Positions 14,401 to 26,990 of a DNA stretch of 64,000 nucleotides are shown here, piece by piece (within the stretch, counting starts at the first letter, position 1; every line of letters starts with the position of its first letter). Below the pieces are notes generated by a model. It had not been told where the DNA came from, searched no databases, and worked only from the letters and a program-made list of their open reading frames with translations. Source of the DNA: Eledone cirrhosa (lineage: Eukaryota); the NCBI GenBank assembly GCA_964016885.1, contig OZ024740.1:47120001-47184000 (forward strand). Reading direction: 5' to 3'. Made by a program: the position numbers and the translations under genes.

Positions 14401-14694
14401 AGAAAAGATTAATACTGTGCATAATATTGGGGAGTGGCGAGTAGTGTTAAGGAAGGAGGTGGAGCTAATTGTGTGAGGGTTGTAACATTGTATGCTGATG
14501 GGTTTGAGAACGAAGGACATTGAGCCATAGAAGAAGTTTGTGGGAGAACAAAGCTAGAGAACTTATTACATCAGGTAGATTATTCAGATGAGATGTGTAA
14601 GATAATAGACGTAGAGAAATAGGTTAAAGAGAGAAAAGATGTGGGGAGGAAGATAGATAAAAGGTATTAGCAGAAATAGTGATTGGGTGTGTGA

Positions 14695-14752
<58 letters not shown>

Positions 14753-14850
14753 GAGTTGGGCAATGTGTATGAACTACAGTGCAGCTATTAAAAGATATTA
14801 AGCAGCAAACTCCATTTCTCTAAAGTTGCAAAGGGAATATATCCACATCT

Positions 14851-14895
14851 TCCTCCTCCTCCTCCTCCTCCTCCTCCTCCTCCTCCTCCTCCTCC

Positions 14896-14928
<33 letters not shown>

Positions 14929-14972
14929 CCACCACCACCACCACCACCACCATCACCACCACCACCATCAAT

Positions 14973-15019
<47 letters not shown>

Positions 15020-15030
15020 TATCACTACCA
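14851..15030. repeat. Compound trinucleotide microsatellite (CCT)n(CAT)n(CAC)n(CAT)n
   Basis: directly visible. Confidence 0.95.
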
Positions 15031-15148
15031 TCACCAATAAGAACAACAACACTAGCATCATCAACAAAAATACTATTAATTAGGCATGAAGCCTGGGGCA
15101 ATTAATTCTTTAATAGAACATCAAGGAAAGAATAAAAACAATTTAGCA

Positions 15149-15441
15149 AAATATATACACATATGAAATATATAGACATATGAAATATATAGACATATGA
15201 AATATATAGACATATGAAATATATAGACATATGAAATATATAGACATATGAAATATATAGACATATGAAATATATAGACATATGAAATATATACACATAT
15301 GAAATATATAGACATATGAAATATATAGACATATGAAATTTATAGACATATGAAATATATAGACATATGAAATATATAGACATATGAAATATATAGACAT
15401 ATGAAATATATAGACATATGAAATATATAGACATATGAAAT
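15149..15441. repeat. 17-bp minisatellite (aaatatatagacatatg) x ~17
   Basis: directly visible. Confidence 0.95.
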
Positions 15442-16330
15442 GGGTGTGACGATAGCTTTATGTAAAATATAAATAAATATAAATAAATAAACTATAAAAG
15501 ATACCCATGCGTACACATGCATAAGCATACAGTTAAACTTATGAATGGATCTCGAATCGGTTTTTGATGAATGTGTTTTCCAGCCTCCCGATTAAGGGAA
15601 CTACTTATCTATCGTATTATAGTGCAAGTGACTGAGTTAATTGTACATTTAACGTAATCTTTAGGCAGACACAGCAAGACATCGTGTTTGATGAGCCTGG
15701 ATTTTTCAATGTTAAGAGTAGTTCATCCAATGAGCTTCACACGGTTTCCCTCAAACCCATTTTAGTAGATGATATTTTCCTAAAATGTCATCCAGCGTGC
15801 TCGGATAGAACTCAGAAGCTTATGATTGAGAAACACTTTTTAACCATTCGTGCTCCGAATATCGTCAATAGAAACTAAGAAATAATAGATATATTTATTA
15901 AAAGTCTTGTCTTCTGTCTATACAATACGCCAGATATATATGTTCAAAGTTCACAAAAGCTATGCAACTGAAAATAAAAGCAAAATCAAATAAATATGAT
16001 GAATGTTTGCAAAGGGGAGCATTTATTATAGTAAGAGCGTAGGACACTGTTGGTAATAGAAACAATATCAGATATTGGAATAAACTCAATTTAGTCTGAC
16101 AACATGTGATACAAAAGACAACATTGTTTGGCACTGCATAGATACTGAGATAATTCATGTTAAACAACTAAACGACTTATATCTAGAGTTACTTGATGTT
16201 CATAGTACAAGTGTGGTAAATGTTGGCATTACATACAAAGCAGCTGTGAAGTTACTAGACAGAATTCTAAACAACAGCGTAACTTTTTGCATCATCCTGA
16301 GTTTGCATAAGTAATAATAATAATAATGAT

Positions 16331-16538
16331 GATTTCTACTATAGGCACAAAGCCAGCTATTTGAAGAGATGAGAAAGTCGATTCTATCGACCTCAGTGCA
16401 TTACTGGTACTTTATTTTATCGACCCTGTAAGGATGAAAGGCAAAGCTATCCTCGGCGAGATTTGAATTGAGCATGTAAAGGGCCATAACTCTATGCTTC
16501 AAGGTAAGGTGTCTGACGCTCTACCGATACTGCCAATC
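16331..16538 (-). mobile_element. Nin/Deu-type tRNA SINE
   Basis: ctggtactttattttatcgaccctgtaaggatgaaaggcaaag, the reverse complement of the shared SINE body. Confidence 0.8.
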
Positions 16539-16540
16539 AA

Positions 16541-19500
16541 TAATAATAATGGTTTCTTTATTAGCCACACAAGGCTTACATAAGAAGACAATAAGGACGG
16601 AACAGGACAGTGTGGGTTTTTGTGTGTGTGGGAAAGGTTTATAGAGAAGACTAAAACAAACATTTTAAATAAAAACATAACATATTCTCCCCCAAAATGG
16701 AGATACCTCCGAGAGTCGCTCATGGAGGAGGTCCACAAAAAGCCATGGTAACCTTGACCGCTAGGGCAAGTGCCCTCTCTCAGATGTTCTCCTCCAATTT
16801 ACAGGTGCATACTTAGAACAAACTTATTCATTGGAACCAAGTTTGCCTCCCTCACCAACATTTCACCAAACTGGTTGGAAGGCAGCATCTCCCTCTCCAC
16901 TCTGATTTTTCTTATCAGGTGAAACCTGAAAAAGTTAATCAAGACTTCGTCGAAGAGTAAAGTGCTTGTATTCAAAACTTTCAGGCACGTCCACTACACG
17001 ACATCTTTCGTCATGGTCACCAGGTAGATAAAAACTGCCTGTCCCCACTCTAAATGAAGACGAGGGGGCGATCTTCTCAATGGACTCAGTTGATAACCGG
17101 ATCCGTCCCACATGTGATAGCAAGTGTTCGACATAAACCTACTGGTCAGTAACAATCGGACACTCGATGAGTGCGTGCAGGATGGTTTCGTCACCCTGCG
17201 CATATTTCGGACAGGCCCAGCTGACTGATTGTAGAGTTTATCTCGAATTGGCAAAGCTCCTCTGTAGCACTGCCAAGCCAGAGATTTCAGGAAGTTATCC
17301 ATGGGCCTCGGACCAAAAGTTCTCTCGAAAAGAGTGGTTAGTTGATTTTCGTCAACGCCAAGAGTCCCCCAAGAACATCGTCTATTTTATCCTCTTTAGT
17401 GAAGGCGAGTGGTTGAATGGTTAGAGAATTTGATTCGCAATCGTGAGGTTGTGATTTCGATTCCCAGACCATGCGATGTGTTATGTCCTTGAGCAAGACG
17501 TTTTATTTCACATTGCTCCTTTTACCTGGATTAGCAACCGATAGATAGTATTATGGAAAGAGCAATTGGAAAGCCCAATGGAAGCATTGTTTCCTCGATC
17601 CGATTTGACGAGCTCCACCCCACTCGTTAAGCGAATGAGGTCTGGAATCTTGTCGATCGTTCTTATATAAAAATCTATATAAATCTATGGTGGAGTTTCC
17701 ACCGATTACACTGCCCGATTGGCCGAGGACTGTGAGCGCTTGGAGGCATTTCAGTTTCCAAACGTTACCTCTTGGTCTTTGCTTGACCCAAGACAGTAGC
17801 TCTGTCAAGAAGAGGAGCTGTGGAAAACTGCGTCTACCAAACGGTAACCACACCTGTTCACTGTCGAGGTACACCTGAAGATGAGGGAGTTTGTCTGGGC
17901 ATCATCGGCCATAGCATGCCTAGTCCTCTACTTAGCGGGTGTTGGCAGCAAATGGATCGCCTTACCATTGGCATGCGTCCCTTTCATAAAAAGCGAAAGA
18001 GCAGCCGCTCCAGCATGGTAAGACCAGGACAAGGCATGACGGTCAGTCGGTGGTAGATAACGGACGCAACCTTTCAGTGATAGCTTCTTCTCGGCCCATT
18101 TCTCAGCGAGACTGGCCACCCTGCTCGTTACCGCGTACCAGTTTTTTTCCATTTGGAAGTCTAGACAAAACCAGACCCTGAGCAATTTATCCGGTCGGTA
18201 CAGTGCCCGACGACATTGTTGGATGGCATGGAGTTGCCTCTGCAGGTGTCGAGCTGCAGGCCCACCGAATTTTTCTAGTTAATTTTTGATCTTGTAATCG
18301 CTTTGTATTCTTCCAGAGCAGTGCCGATCAACTCAATATGTTTGCTGCTCGACACCACTACTGTGACAGCATCAGCATATGGTGATACAAATCTTCCACA
18401 TCATAGTTCGTAAGGGATGATCCTCAACGCGTAGTACAACAGAGTAGTACAACAGAGATAAGAGAGGATAACCTTGGTGAACCGAGCGCACGATGTTGAA
18501 AGGTTCTGAGAGGTAGCTTTTCACGTTAACCACTGAACCGATGTCATTGTGCATTGCAACAATCCATCCTCTGAATGATGAAGTCCGTTGCTTTGAGAAC
18601 TGCCACCAGGCACCGATGGAGGACCCTATCAAAATATTTCGACTGATCTAAGTTTATCAGGGCCCAACACGTGCCAGGTTCTTTAGCCACCCTCTCTATG
18701 ATGTATCGCATTAGGGGGGAATTAACGTGAATGGATCTATCCGGAATGGCACATGTTTGCGCCACTCATACCAGACCACTAACGACAAGTACCAACCTCG
18801 TCGTTAACACCTTGGGAAAAATTTAAAACTCTGAGTTTAGCAGAGTTATAGGCCTGAAATTATCTATATAGTCCCCTTTGTTCAGATCCTTTCTCAACAA
18901 CGCCACCGCTCCTCAACTCACAGAACTGGGAATTCTCTCGTTCTGCTGCCAGTTGGCGTAGACGTCCGCTGAAATATCGCCGAATATATTTGGCATATTT
19001 GCGTAAAGCTCGTAGAGCAGACCAACCAAACCAGGTCATTTGCTTTTTGTGCAGTTACCCCTTGCGTCCCATATTTCATCAGCTGTTATTGGCTTTTCGC
19101 AACACTCCACCTCTCTCGTCGAGATCTCTGGCAAGCTACTGAGGTAGGAACTGAAATCTATCCCTCGATCCGACTCATCAGGGCTCCTGAATATTTGCGA
19201 GAATTGATGCTGAAAAACCGCACACACCTGCCAAAGACCGAATTGTGGCTTTGTTGCCACGCCGTCTCTGCAACCCGGGCTCATCAAACTGCTTTCATCC
19301 GCTCATATCTAAGAGCATGTGCCTTAGCTCTGACAATGCAGCCTTCGTGCTTCGCATTGAGAATCCTTAGAGCGCCAATCACGTTGCAAGCACGTCGGCT
19401 GCGATGCCTTCTCTAATGGCTTCATCTGTTATTAACGATTGTCCCCATCAAGACTCACTTAACTAATTCACTAATCCGGTCTCTGTAAACTCTAAACGAC

Positions 19501-20760
19501 GCGTTCAGCTTCTCGTAACCGCGTCCCAGTCGGTAAAGCCTATGTAAGTCGATTGTACAGGTCACAAATTTATGGTCTGTGTAGTCGACTACTTTGAATT
19601 GTGGACAACCTATACTAGACTTTACATAATACCCTATTTAGATACGATCTGGATAATTTGATGAGGTTTGACCAAGTTCACAATGGCACATCTGGGAAAT
19701 CCAGTCAGTACTCATTAGACAGTTGGAAGCGCCTGAGCAGGTTTGCGAGGCTTGTACACCCTCCTCCCCTATCTTCTAATCCCGCACAGTACCAGCGCGT
19801 GTCTAAGAGACAGTTCCATTCACCCACTAGCACTAAGAAGTGAAACGTTCCAAGAAAGTTCTCTAGGCACTTGAAGAAATCAGGCCTTCCTGCCTCCTAT
19901 AAGGGCATAGACGGCCATTAGCCTGTAAGCATGCTCTTCGCTGCTGGTTACGTTTAGCACCATTAACTTATCCTCTGAGTCCAGGAAGATAGTCCGTATC
20001 TTGAGATCCAAGCCTTTTCGAAACAATACAGCGACTCCACCTACGGAACCCACACGGCTTGGAAATGCATACACCTCATAGCCACTGAAAATGGGTGCGA
20101 AGGTACCTGCCTCGGATATTCTGGTCTCTCTGATGGCCTCCATAGCTATGTTCAGTGACATGAGGTCGTCGAGCAAGTGGCCCTGCTTCCAAAACGACTC
20201 CAAGTCATGTGCATTTATACTGACAATCCAGAGAAAAGCCATGTTAAATAAAGAGGAGGAAAGGTGCGAAAGGCTTACTTACCCTGTTCGTGTGGAAGGA
20301 GGGATGGTGGTCCTTCATTTCTGCTAGATGGGGACACCTCCACAAGAATGTCGGAGCATATGGGTTTTGATAATATGGTGCAGAAATCCCTAATTGCGTT
20401 GGGGAATTTTGTTTTCAAAGGAGTGTATGTTTCTTGTATGATGTGTATGATGTATATGTTTGTGGGCAGTGTAAGGTTTTGGACGGTGATGTAAACCGCT
20501 TCTGTGATTGTGATGTTGTGCTTAATGTGGTGCATTAACTTCTGTTTTTTGCGTTTATGACTGAGTAATTCGTGGGGTTTATTTTCTTTTGCAGAACCGT
20601 GTTCTTTTGTTGGGCCGTGTTCAGGAGTGAAGGAAGACAGGAGGCTGAATTAAGTGTAAGAATTGCAGGAGCTGGTGCAGGAATGCGCCAGCTTCAGCAT
20701 TCGGTAATCAGAAGAAAAGAGGTAAGTGTAAAAGCCAAACTCATGAATCTTGGGTAATCT
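16541..20760 (-). mobile_element. Degenerate L1/Tx1-clade LINE: ORF2 (APE endonuclease, RT, C-terminal Cys domain) plus probable ORF1 remnant
   Basis: APE start MAFLWIVSINAH...ETR (20242); RPITLLNSE, QTCAIPDRSI, ALINLDQSKYFDRV, RSVHQGYPLLSLLY, YAD; WQCYRGALPIRDKL; AATAAA plus (ATT)n tail at ~16541-16565; many stops and frameshifts. Confidence 0.9.
17401..17525 (+). mobile_element. CORE-like tRNA SINE nested in the Tx1 LINE
   Basis: gaaggcgagtggttgaatggttagag...ttcgattccc...gtccttgagcaagac. Confidence 0.75.
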
Positions 20761-21930
20761 TGGGTAATGTCTGAAAGAAAGTACTACTGAATATGCTACC
20801 GACTATGTTTCGTAATTGTAATAAATATTGAATACAAATCCCATTTAAACACCGAAAAGCTGAACTCATCAAAACTAACGATCTACAACTTTATGTTTAT
20901 TAACAGTAGACTAATATTCATAAAATAACCAAACAAGAAGACAGAACAATAAAACGATACAAAGAATAAAGAGAAGAATTGTAAAAGAAACATGGAAAAA
21001 AACCCAAGCATCTTAACAAAACAACAATGAAATTACATAATATGAAAAATAAGTATAAAACAATAATGGCAACTTGTCCAGTGAATGACAGTATAAAACA
21101 GTATAAGTTTGTGAAAAATGAAACAGATTAACAAGATCTCATGTGTTCTGAATCTGAAACGTATTTAGGTAAGATTAATGACTTCCTGATCTACGACAAA
21201 GACGTCTGAAAAGATCTACTTCAAAGGATTTCAAAGGAAAAACTTAACAAAAGCAATTATAATCATAAAAAGAACTCAGGGCATATGCTGCCTCCTCATA
21301 AATTAAAATTAAAAATGTGAAGCCTAATAATTTAAGGAAATCAAAATATCTGAATAGGTACAAATAAGTGGGATGATTATTTTGAAAGCATTGCCAAATT
21401 AGTGAAAATATAATACATGCATACATAAAACATTGTATAAATAATCAATCAAAGTTTATATGTTTTATGTAAGTGTGAAGAGATAGAAGTCCAAATAACT
21501 TGATATCATAGCGAAGAGCTGCCAGAAAATAATATGTCTATAGACATAAACTGTCTACTGATTACCTGACACGGACTAGATAAGTACTGAATTTTATTTA
21601 CCACATGAAGCCAGCTGAAAATGTAGGTATGAAAATCGAGAGGAAAATCGAGAACACTCAAGAATCAAATTGTGAAAATCCTGTTCCAAATTTTAATCTA
21701 CATGTTGATTGTTTTTCGTTCAATTTGACCATAATTCAGCAGATCTACAATCTACAATCGGGATGAACGAACTCCGCGCTTCTCCATCGCCACCATCAGA
21801 AAGCCATTTTGTCAGCCGGAACCATGAAATATTTGCATGGCACGCTGAAATTTCCTTTAGGCGTTTTCTATAGATTCTACGCATCTTAATTTTGATTAAA
21901 AATATTCTTATTGGTATTTCTTATTGTCGA

Positions 21931-22148
21931 CGGGTGATGGGTTGAAGTATCGGTAGAGCGTCAGACACCATGCTTTGCAGCATAGAGTTATGGCTTTTAC
22001 GTTCTGAGTTCAAATCCCGCCGAGGTTAACGTTGTCTTTCATCCTTATAGGGTCGGTAAAATAAAGCACCAGTAATGCACTGGGGTCGATTTAATCGACT
22101 TTGCTCTCCCCCAAAATTGCTCGCCTTGTGACTATAGTAGAAAACATT
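21931..22148 (+). mobile_element. Nin/Deu-type tRNA SINE
   Basis: gagttcaaatcccgccgaggttaacgttgtctttcatccttatagggtcggtaaaataaagcaccag. Confidence 0.8.
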
Positions 22149-22787
22149 GTTGACGTCTCCCTTTTATTTAAAGTATGATGTAGAAAGTCTACAATATACA
22201 ATATGCCAGTCCTATATTTTAATATGATAGGGTTTGATATGAAGGAGATTTAGCTGTAACATCTAGCAAGTTGAGCGCCGACATAAAAGCTTTTTTATTG
22301 ACATTTTAATATTACTGCTGTCAAAATATATAAACATCCTCAGCCGCAGAGCATTTTTTTTACGAGAAATATTTCTGAATAGATTGAAATGAAACAAATT
22401 TGTATTTATTGTTATCTTCGGGTGATGACAGAAGATTCAATTAGATATTAACGAAGGTAGATGTATTATTTTCGTCGATGCTGTGTTCATATGCACTAAG
22501 AAAAACGACATGTGACTAAACATTACGTATATATGAGTATATGTATGTGTGCGCGACAAAAAAAGGCGAAACAATAGAGAATTATATACTGTACTGAATA
22601 ACTGTGGTCGTAGTTCAAGCGAAATTAGTTACTTATTTACAAATCGTATGTATGTATGTATGTATGTATGTATGTATGTATGTATGTATGTATGTATGTA
22701 TGTATGTATGTATGTATGTATGTATGTATGTATGTATGTATGTATGTATGTATACCTATGTGAGTGTACGTATATATATATAACAAA

Positions 22788-22934
22788 GAGGGTGTGGTAA
22801 GATACTAGGTGGACCATAACACTCCAGAGTACTCAAGACTTAGAGTAGTAGAGTGGATAATAGGAAAAGAGCCAGAACACCGACGGCTGAGCTCCGGCCG
22901 CTTCGACAGATAGATCCCAACTAAGCCACCAGTA

Positions 22935-22935
<1 letters not shown>
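22788..22935 (+). mobile_element. Second microsatellite-associated short repeat family (also 29901-30062, 30097-30250, 56110-56190)
   Basis: gtgtggtaag...ggaccataac...agagtactcaa...agtagagtgg...ccgacggctgagctc shared between copies. Confidence 0.65.
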
Positions 22936-23017
<82 letters not shown>

Positions 23018-23034
23018 ATATATATCAACTAGAA

Positions 23035-23670
23035 ATAGATCGACGTTTATATATATAAAATAAATACATGAAACAATCACAGGGTATAATTTGTAAAGAA
23101 TGTAGGCACACATAGCTAGGTAGGTAACTAATTAAACCACCAGTCTACCTTCAGATACCCGGACAGATGTTCATCCACGAAACTCGCGAGCCACGTATGG
23201 TCCCTCAAGGACTCAAGTATAGGCTACTCTATTCAATGGAAAGCCATCACTAAGTCCAAGCCATACGCAAGGAGAAATCCGACGTGTGGCTTATGTATTG
23301 ACGAACAAATAACTATCCTCAAGAGTTAACTCAATAGTGATTGCCTAAAAACGAGAAATGAATTTTTCACACGTTGTCCACACGTCACCAAGCATCTATT
23401 ACATAACTACAAGGCTCCGGACTGATTCTTTGTAATTTTATTTTTAATTCTTTTTATTTTATTTTCAACCTAAAAACTTTCCGGACTTTCGCAGTTATCT
23501 CCCTTACACCTCCCGCACGCAGTCTAGTATTGCCTGTGTGAAGTGACCTAGTTTCTGCGCATGCGCGTTCGTAGGGTTGTCCTTCTTGTTCCTATAACCA
23601 TACACACCCCGAGCTGAAGATCCGCGAAGGCGAAACAATTGTTCTCGGTATGGTGAACTGTTGTGTAACC
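23035..23670 (+). mobile_element. PLE 3' remnant with GIY-YIG C-terminus of Hydra-like type and terminal HHR
   Basis: 23170-23413 reads SSTKLASHVWSLKDSSIGYSIQWKAITKSKPYARRNPTCGLCIDEQITILKS*LNSDCLKTRNEFFTRCPHVTKHLL; ends at (CT)n(TA)n. Confidence 0.75.
23609..23648 (+). ncRNA. Type I hammerhead ribozyme
   Basis: CCGAG-CUGAAGA-UCC GCGAA GGC-GAA-ACAAUUGU-U-CUCGG; stem I extends via CACC/GGUG; U.C mismatch at stem II base. Confidence 0.8.
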
Positions 23671-23715
23671 ACTTCTCTCTCTCTCTCTCCCCCCGCCTCT
23701 CTCTCTCTCTCTCTA

Positions 23716-23795
<80 letters not shown>

Positions 23796-23806
23796 TACAT
23801 ATATAC

Positions 23807-24286
<480 letters not shown>

Positions 24287-24475
24287 CGTTATTCCGGGTT
24301 GAATCGGAGGTAACCACAGTAAGTAAGGTACTCAATACATAGCAGAGTATAACAGTTTTAATATAGATGAGATTCTACAGGACTAGAACTGTTTCATTCA
24401 TTAGAAATGATTCCTGGTGATTTCTAATGAATGAAACAGTTCTAGTCCTGTAGAATCTCATCTATATTAAAACTA
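24287..24475. mobile_element. (TA)n-associated family copy with ~55-bp foldback
   Basis: 24354-24408 is the reverse complement of 24420-24474. Confidence 0.8.
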
Positions 24476-24513
<38 letters not shown>

Positions 24514-24516
24514 CAT

Positions 24517-24594
<78 letters not shown>

Positions 24595-24886
24595 AAATTT
24601 AGATTCGGTATAGCTGTATACATATATCTATGTGAATTTTGTATATCTAAAGATATACAGTATGTTTAATAAGTAACATTTTGAAAGCCCAGCTATGAAT
24701 ATTGAATGGCTGACAGCCAGCGCCATCTAACGGATTCCAACTGAAGCAGAGAGGGACAAATGTCTTTGCGCATTTCGAACTACTGGCTCTCAGCAGAACA
24801 GTGCTTCCCTGGTCTCTGCTAGAGCTTGTAAACAGGCAAAAATACATAGTGTTTTCGCCTGTGTAAGTGGGATTATGTTCACACCC

Positions 24887-24981
<95 letters not shown>

Positions 24982-24982
<1 letters not shown>

Positions 24983-25158
24983 CGGGAGGTAACCACAGTA
25001 AGTAAGGTACTCAATACATTAGTAGAGTGTAAACTTCAGGTATAATATAGAAATGACTTCTGCAGGACTGTTTCATTGGAAAGAAATCACCAGGCTTTCT
25101 TGATTTTTTTCAGAATAAAACAGTTCTAGTCCCGTTGAAGCCATTTCTATATTAAATG

Positions 25159-25160
<2 letters not shown>
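24982..25160. mobile_element. (TA)n-associated family copy with diverged foldback
   Basis: aatatagaaatgacttc...gaagccatttctatatt. Confidence 0.7.
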
Positions 25161-25188
<28 letters not shown>

Positions 25189-25190
<2 letters not shown>

Positions 25191-26990
25191 AGGAAGTTAT
25201 AGTTCACTTGAAGCATTGTGTAATGAAGTATAAACGTTTGTATATGTATAATAAAGACAAAACAATGCAGGTATGGACATAGAATAAAGAATGCAAATGC
25301 AAAAGATATTGTTGATAATTAGTCTTCTACCTTAGATTTATTTAAATGTCCTTAATTTTCGAGATAATATATCTTCTTCGGAGGGAAGTAAAGCGGTTAA
25401 ACCAGTGTTCTAAATAGCTTGCCAAGTCATGCTGACAGGAAATGGTATAGAGTATCTGTTCTATCTCTAATGTCAAAGAGTTAAGGTTAGGTGGATAAAG
25501 AGTAGTCTCCCTTTAAAAGGTTTTTTTGTATATGCCTGTTTAAGTGTGTGGAAGAATGTGTGAGATGTAAGTATGTGTGTGAGTGTGAGAAGATATGTCT
25601 ATACGTAAATGTGGGGGATAGATGTTATCTCGTGTTAGAACTGGTCTTTGTGTGTGTATGTGTGTGTGTGAGAGAGAATAAGTGGAGGTGTAAGCGTGTG
25701 TGCGTGTGTGTGTGTGTGCGTGTGTGCGTGCGTGTGTGTATGCGTGTGTGTGGGAGGGGGTGTAAATATGGGGCTAGATGCTCTATCAAGTTATAAATTG
25801 GGTGTTGAATTCTAGTCTATTATTGATTGGTGGTTGTGTTTTGTCTATAATTAGTGCTTCCTTAATTCTAAGATTGCCGCGGTTTCTTTCCTTAGTTTCT
25901 ATCCTAACTGTTATGGTTTTGTCGGTGTTTTTGCATTTAACTAGGTGTTTCTTAAATGAGGAAGCGTTAGTATTGATGTGTTCTTTTATTCTTATGTGGA
26001 GTGGTCTGGTGGTGCTACCTACGCAGAAGTTGCTGCATTTGTCGCACTCTAGTCTGTATACGACGTAAGCCTGGTGGCATAGGTCTGTGTCGTTTATGGG
26101 GCAGTTGGCTAGCCTGCAGCGGTTGTCATGTCTGGTGGAGTGTCTTTTGGTTAGCTGTCCGCGTAGAGAAGGACCTGAGTGGGCCAGTTGGATATCTAGT
26201 CTCTCTCGTCTGATAGCTCTGCGGATGGCTGTTGTTGTTTCGTCACTGAAGTGTGGGAGCTTCAGGAAGCAAGTGTTAGTGCCTCGGGTGTGGTGTCCTC
26301 TGTTCTTTCTGGCACGGTTTGTGGTGGATGTCATGTATCCGTTCTGTTTGAGTACTTCCAGGAAATGTGTGGTGTGTGTGTCTCGGTCTCTAGCGTCGGT
26401 GCATTTGATGCGGATACGTGTTAGTTCGTTCCTTATGTATCCAAACTTAGCGCTGGCTGGGAGGGCCGATCTGAAATGTACGAACAGGTCCCTGCTGGCG
26501 GCTTTTTTTATAGAAGCAAGTGTAGATGTTGCCTTCCTCTGTCACCCTGAGTTGGAAGTCCAGTAGGGATAGGGATCCGCGGTCATCGGGGTGTTCCATG
26601 CTGAACTTTATACTGGCGTCCATGCTGGAGAATGTTGTGTATATTTTATCCGCCTCCTCACGGGATGATGTAAGGATGAGTATGTCATCTACATATCGGG
26701 TGAAGAAGGTATGGGAATGGCAGGTGTTGAGGGCTCGGCATTCTAGCTGGTTCATATAGGTGATGGCCAGCAGGCCCGATAGGCTGGATCCCATGGGTAA
26801 TCCTGTTGTCTGTCTGTATCTGTGGTGGTGGAAGGTGAAGTACGTGTTGTCCACTGTGAAGGACAAAAGCTGGTGTATGTCCGTCGGAAGGAGGCCCTAG
26901 TAGTGGATGTCTTCTGCGACCACGCAATAAATCGACAGCTGGATGAGCGGGGACTTTAATGTAGAGGGAGACAACGTCGAGGCTAAAAGC
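25189..26990 (-). mobile_element. Penelope-like element, inverted 3' half (RT motifs A-C, thumb, GIY-YIG, 3' UTR)
   Basis: ORFs 26447-26866 (QTTGLPMGSSLS, RYVDD) and 25786-26334 (VVYRLECDKCSNFCVGSTTRPLHIRIKEH); reverse complement of 28151-29742. Confidence 0.95.

Noticed and set aside
14798-15101. Acidic poly-D/E or poly-M/R ORFs
   Set aside because: Translations of trinucleotide microsatellites.
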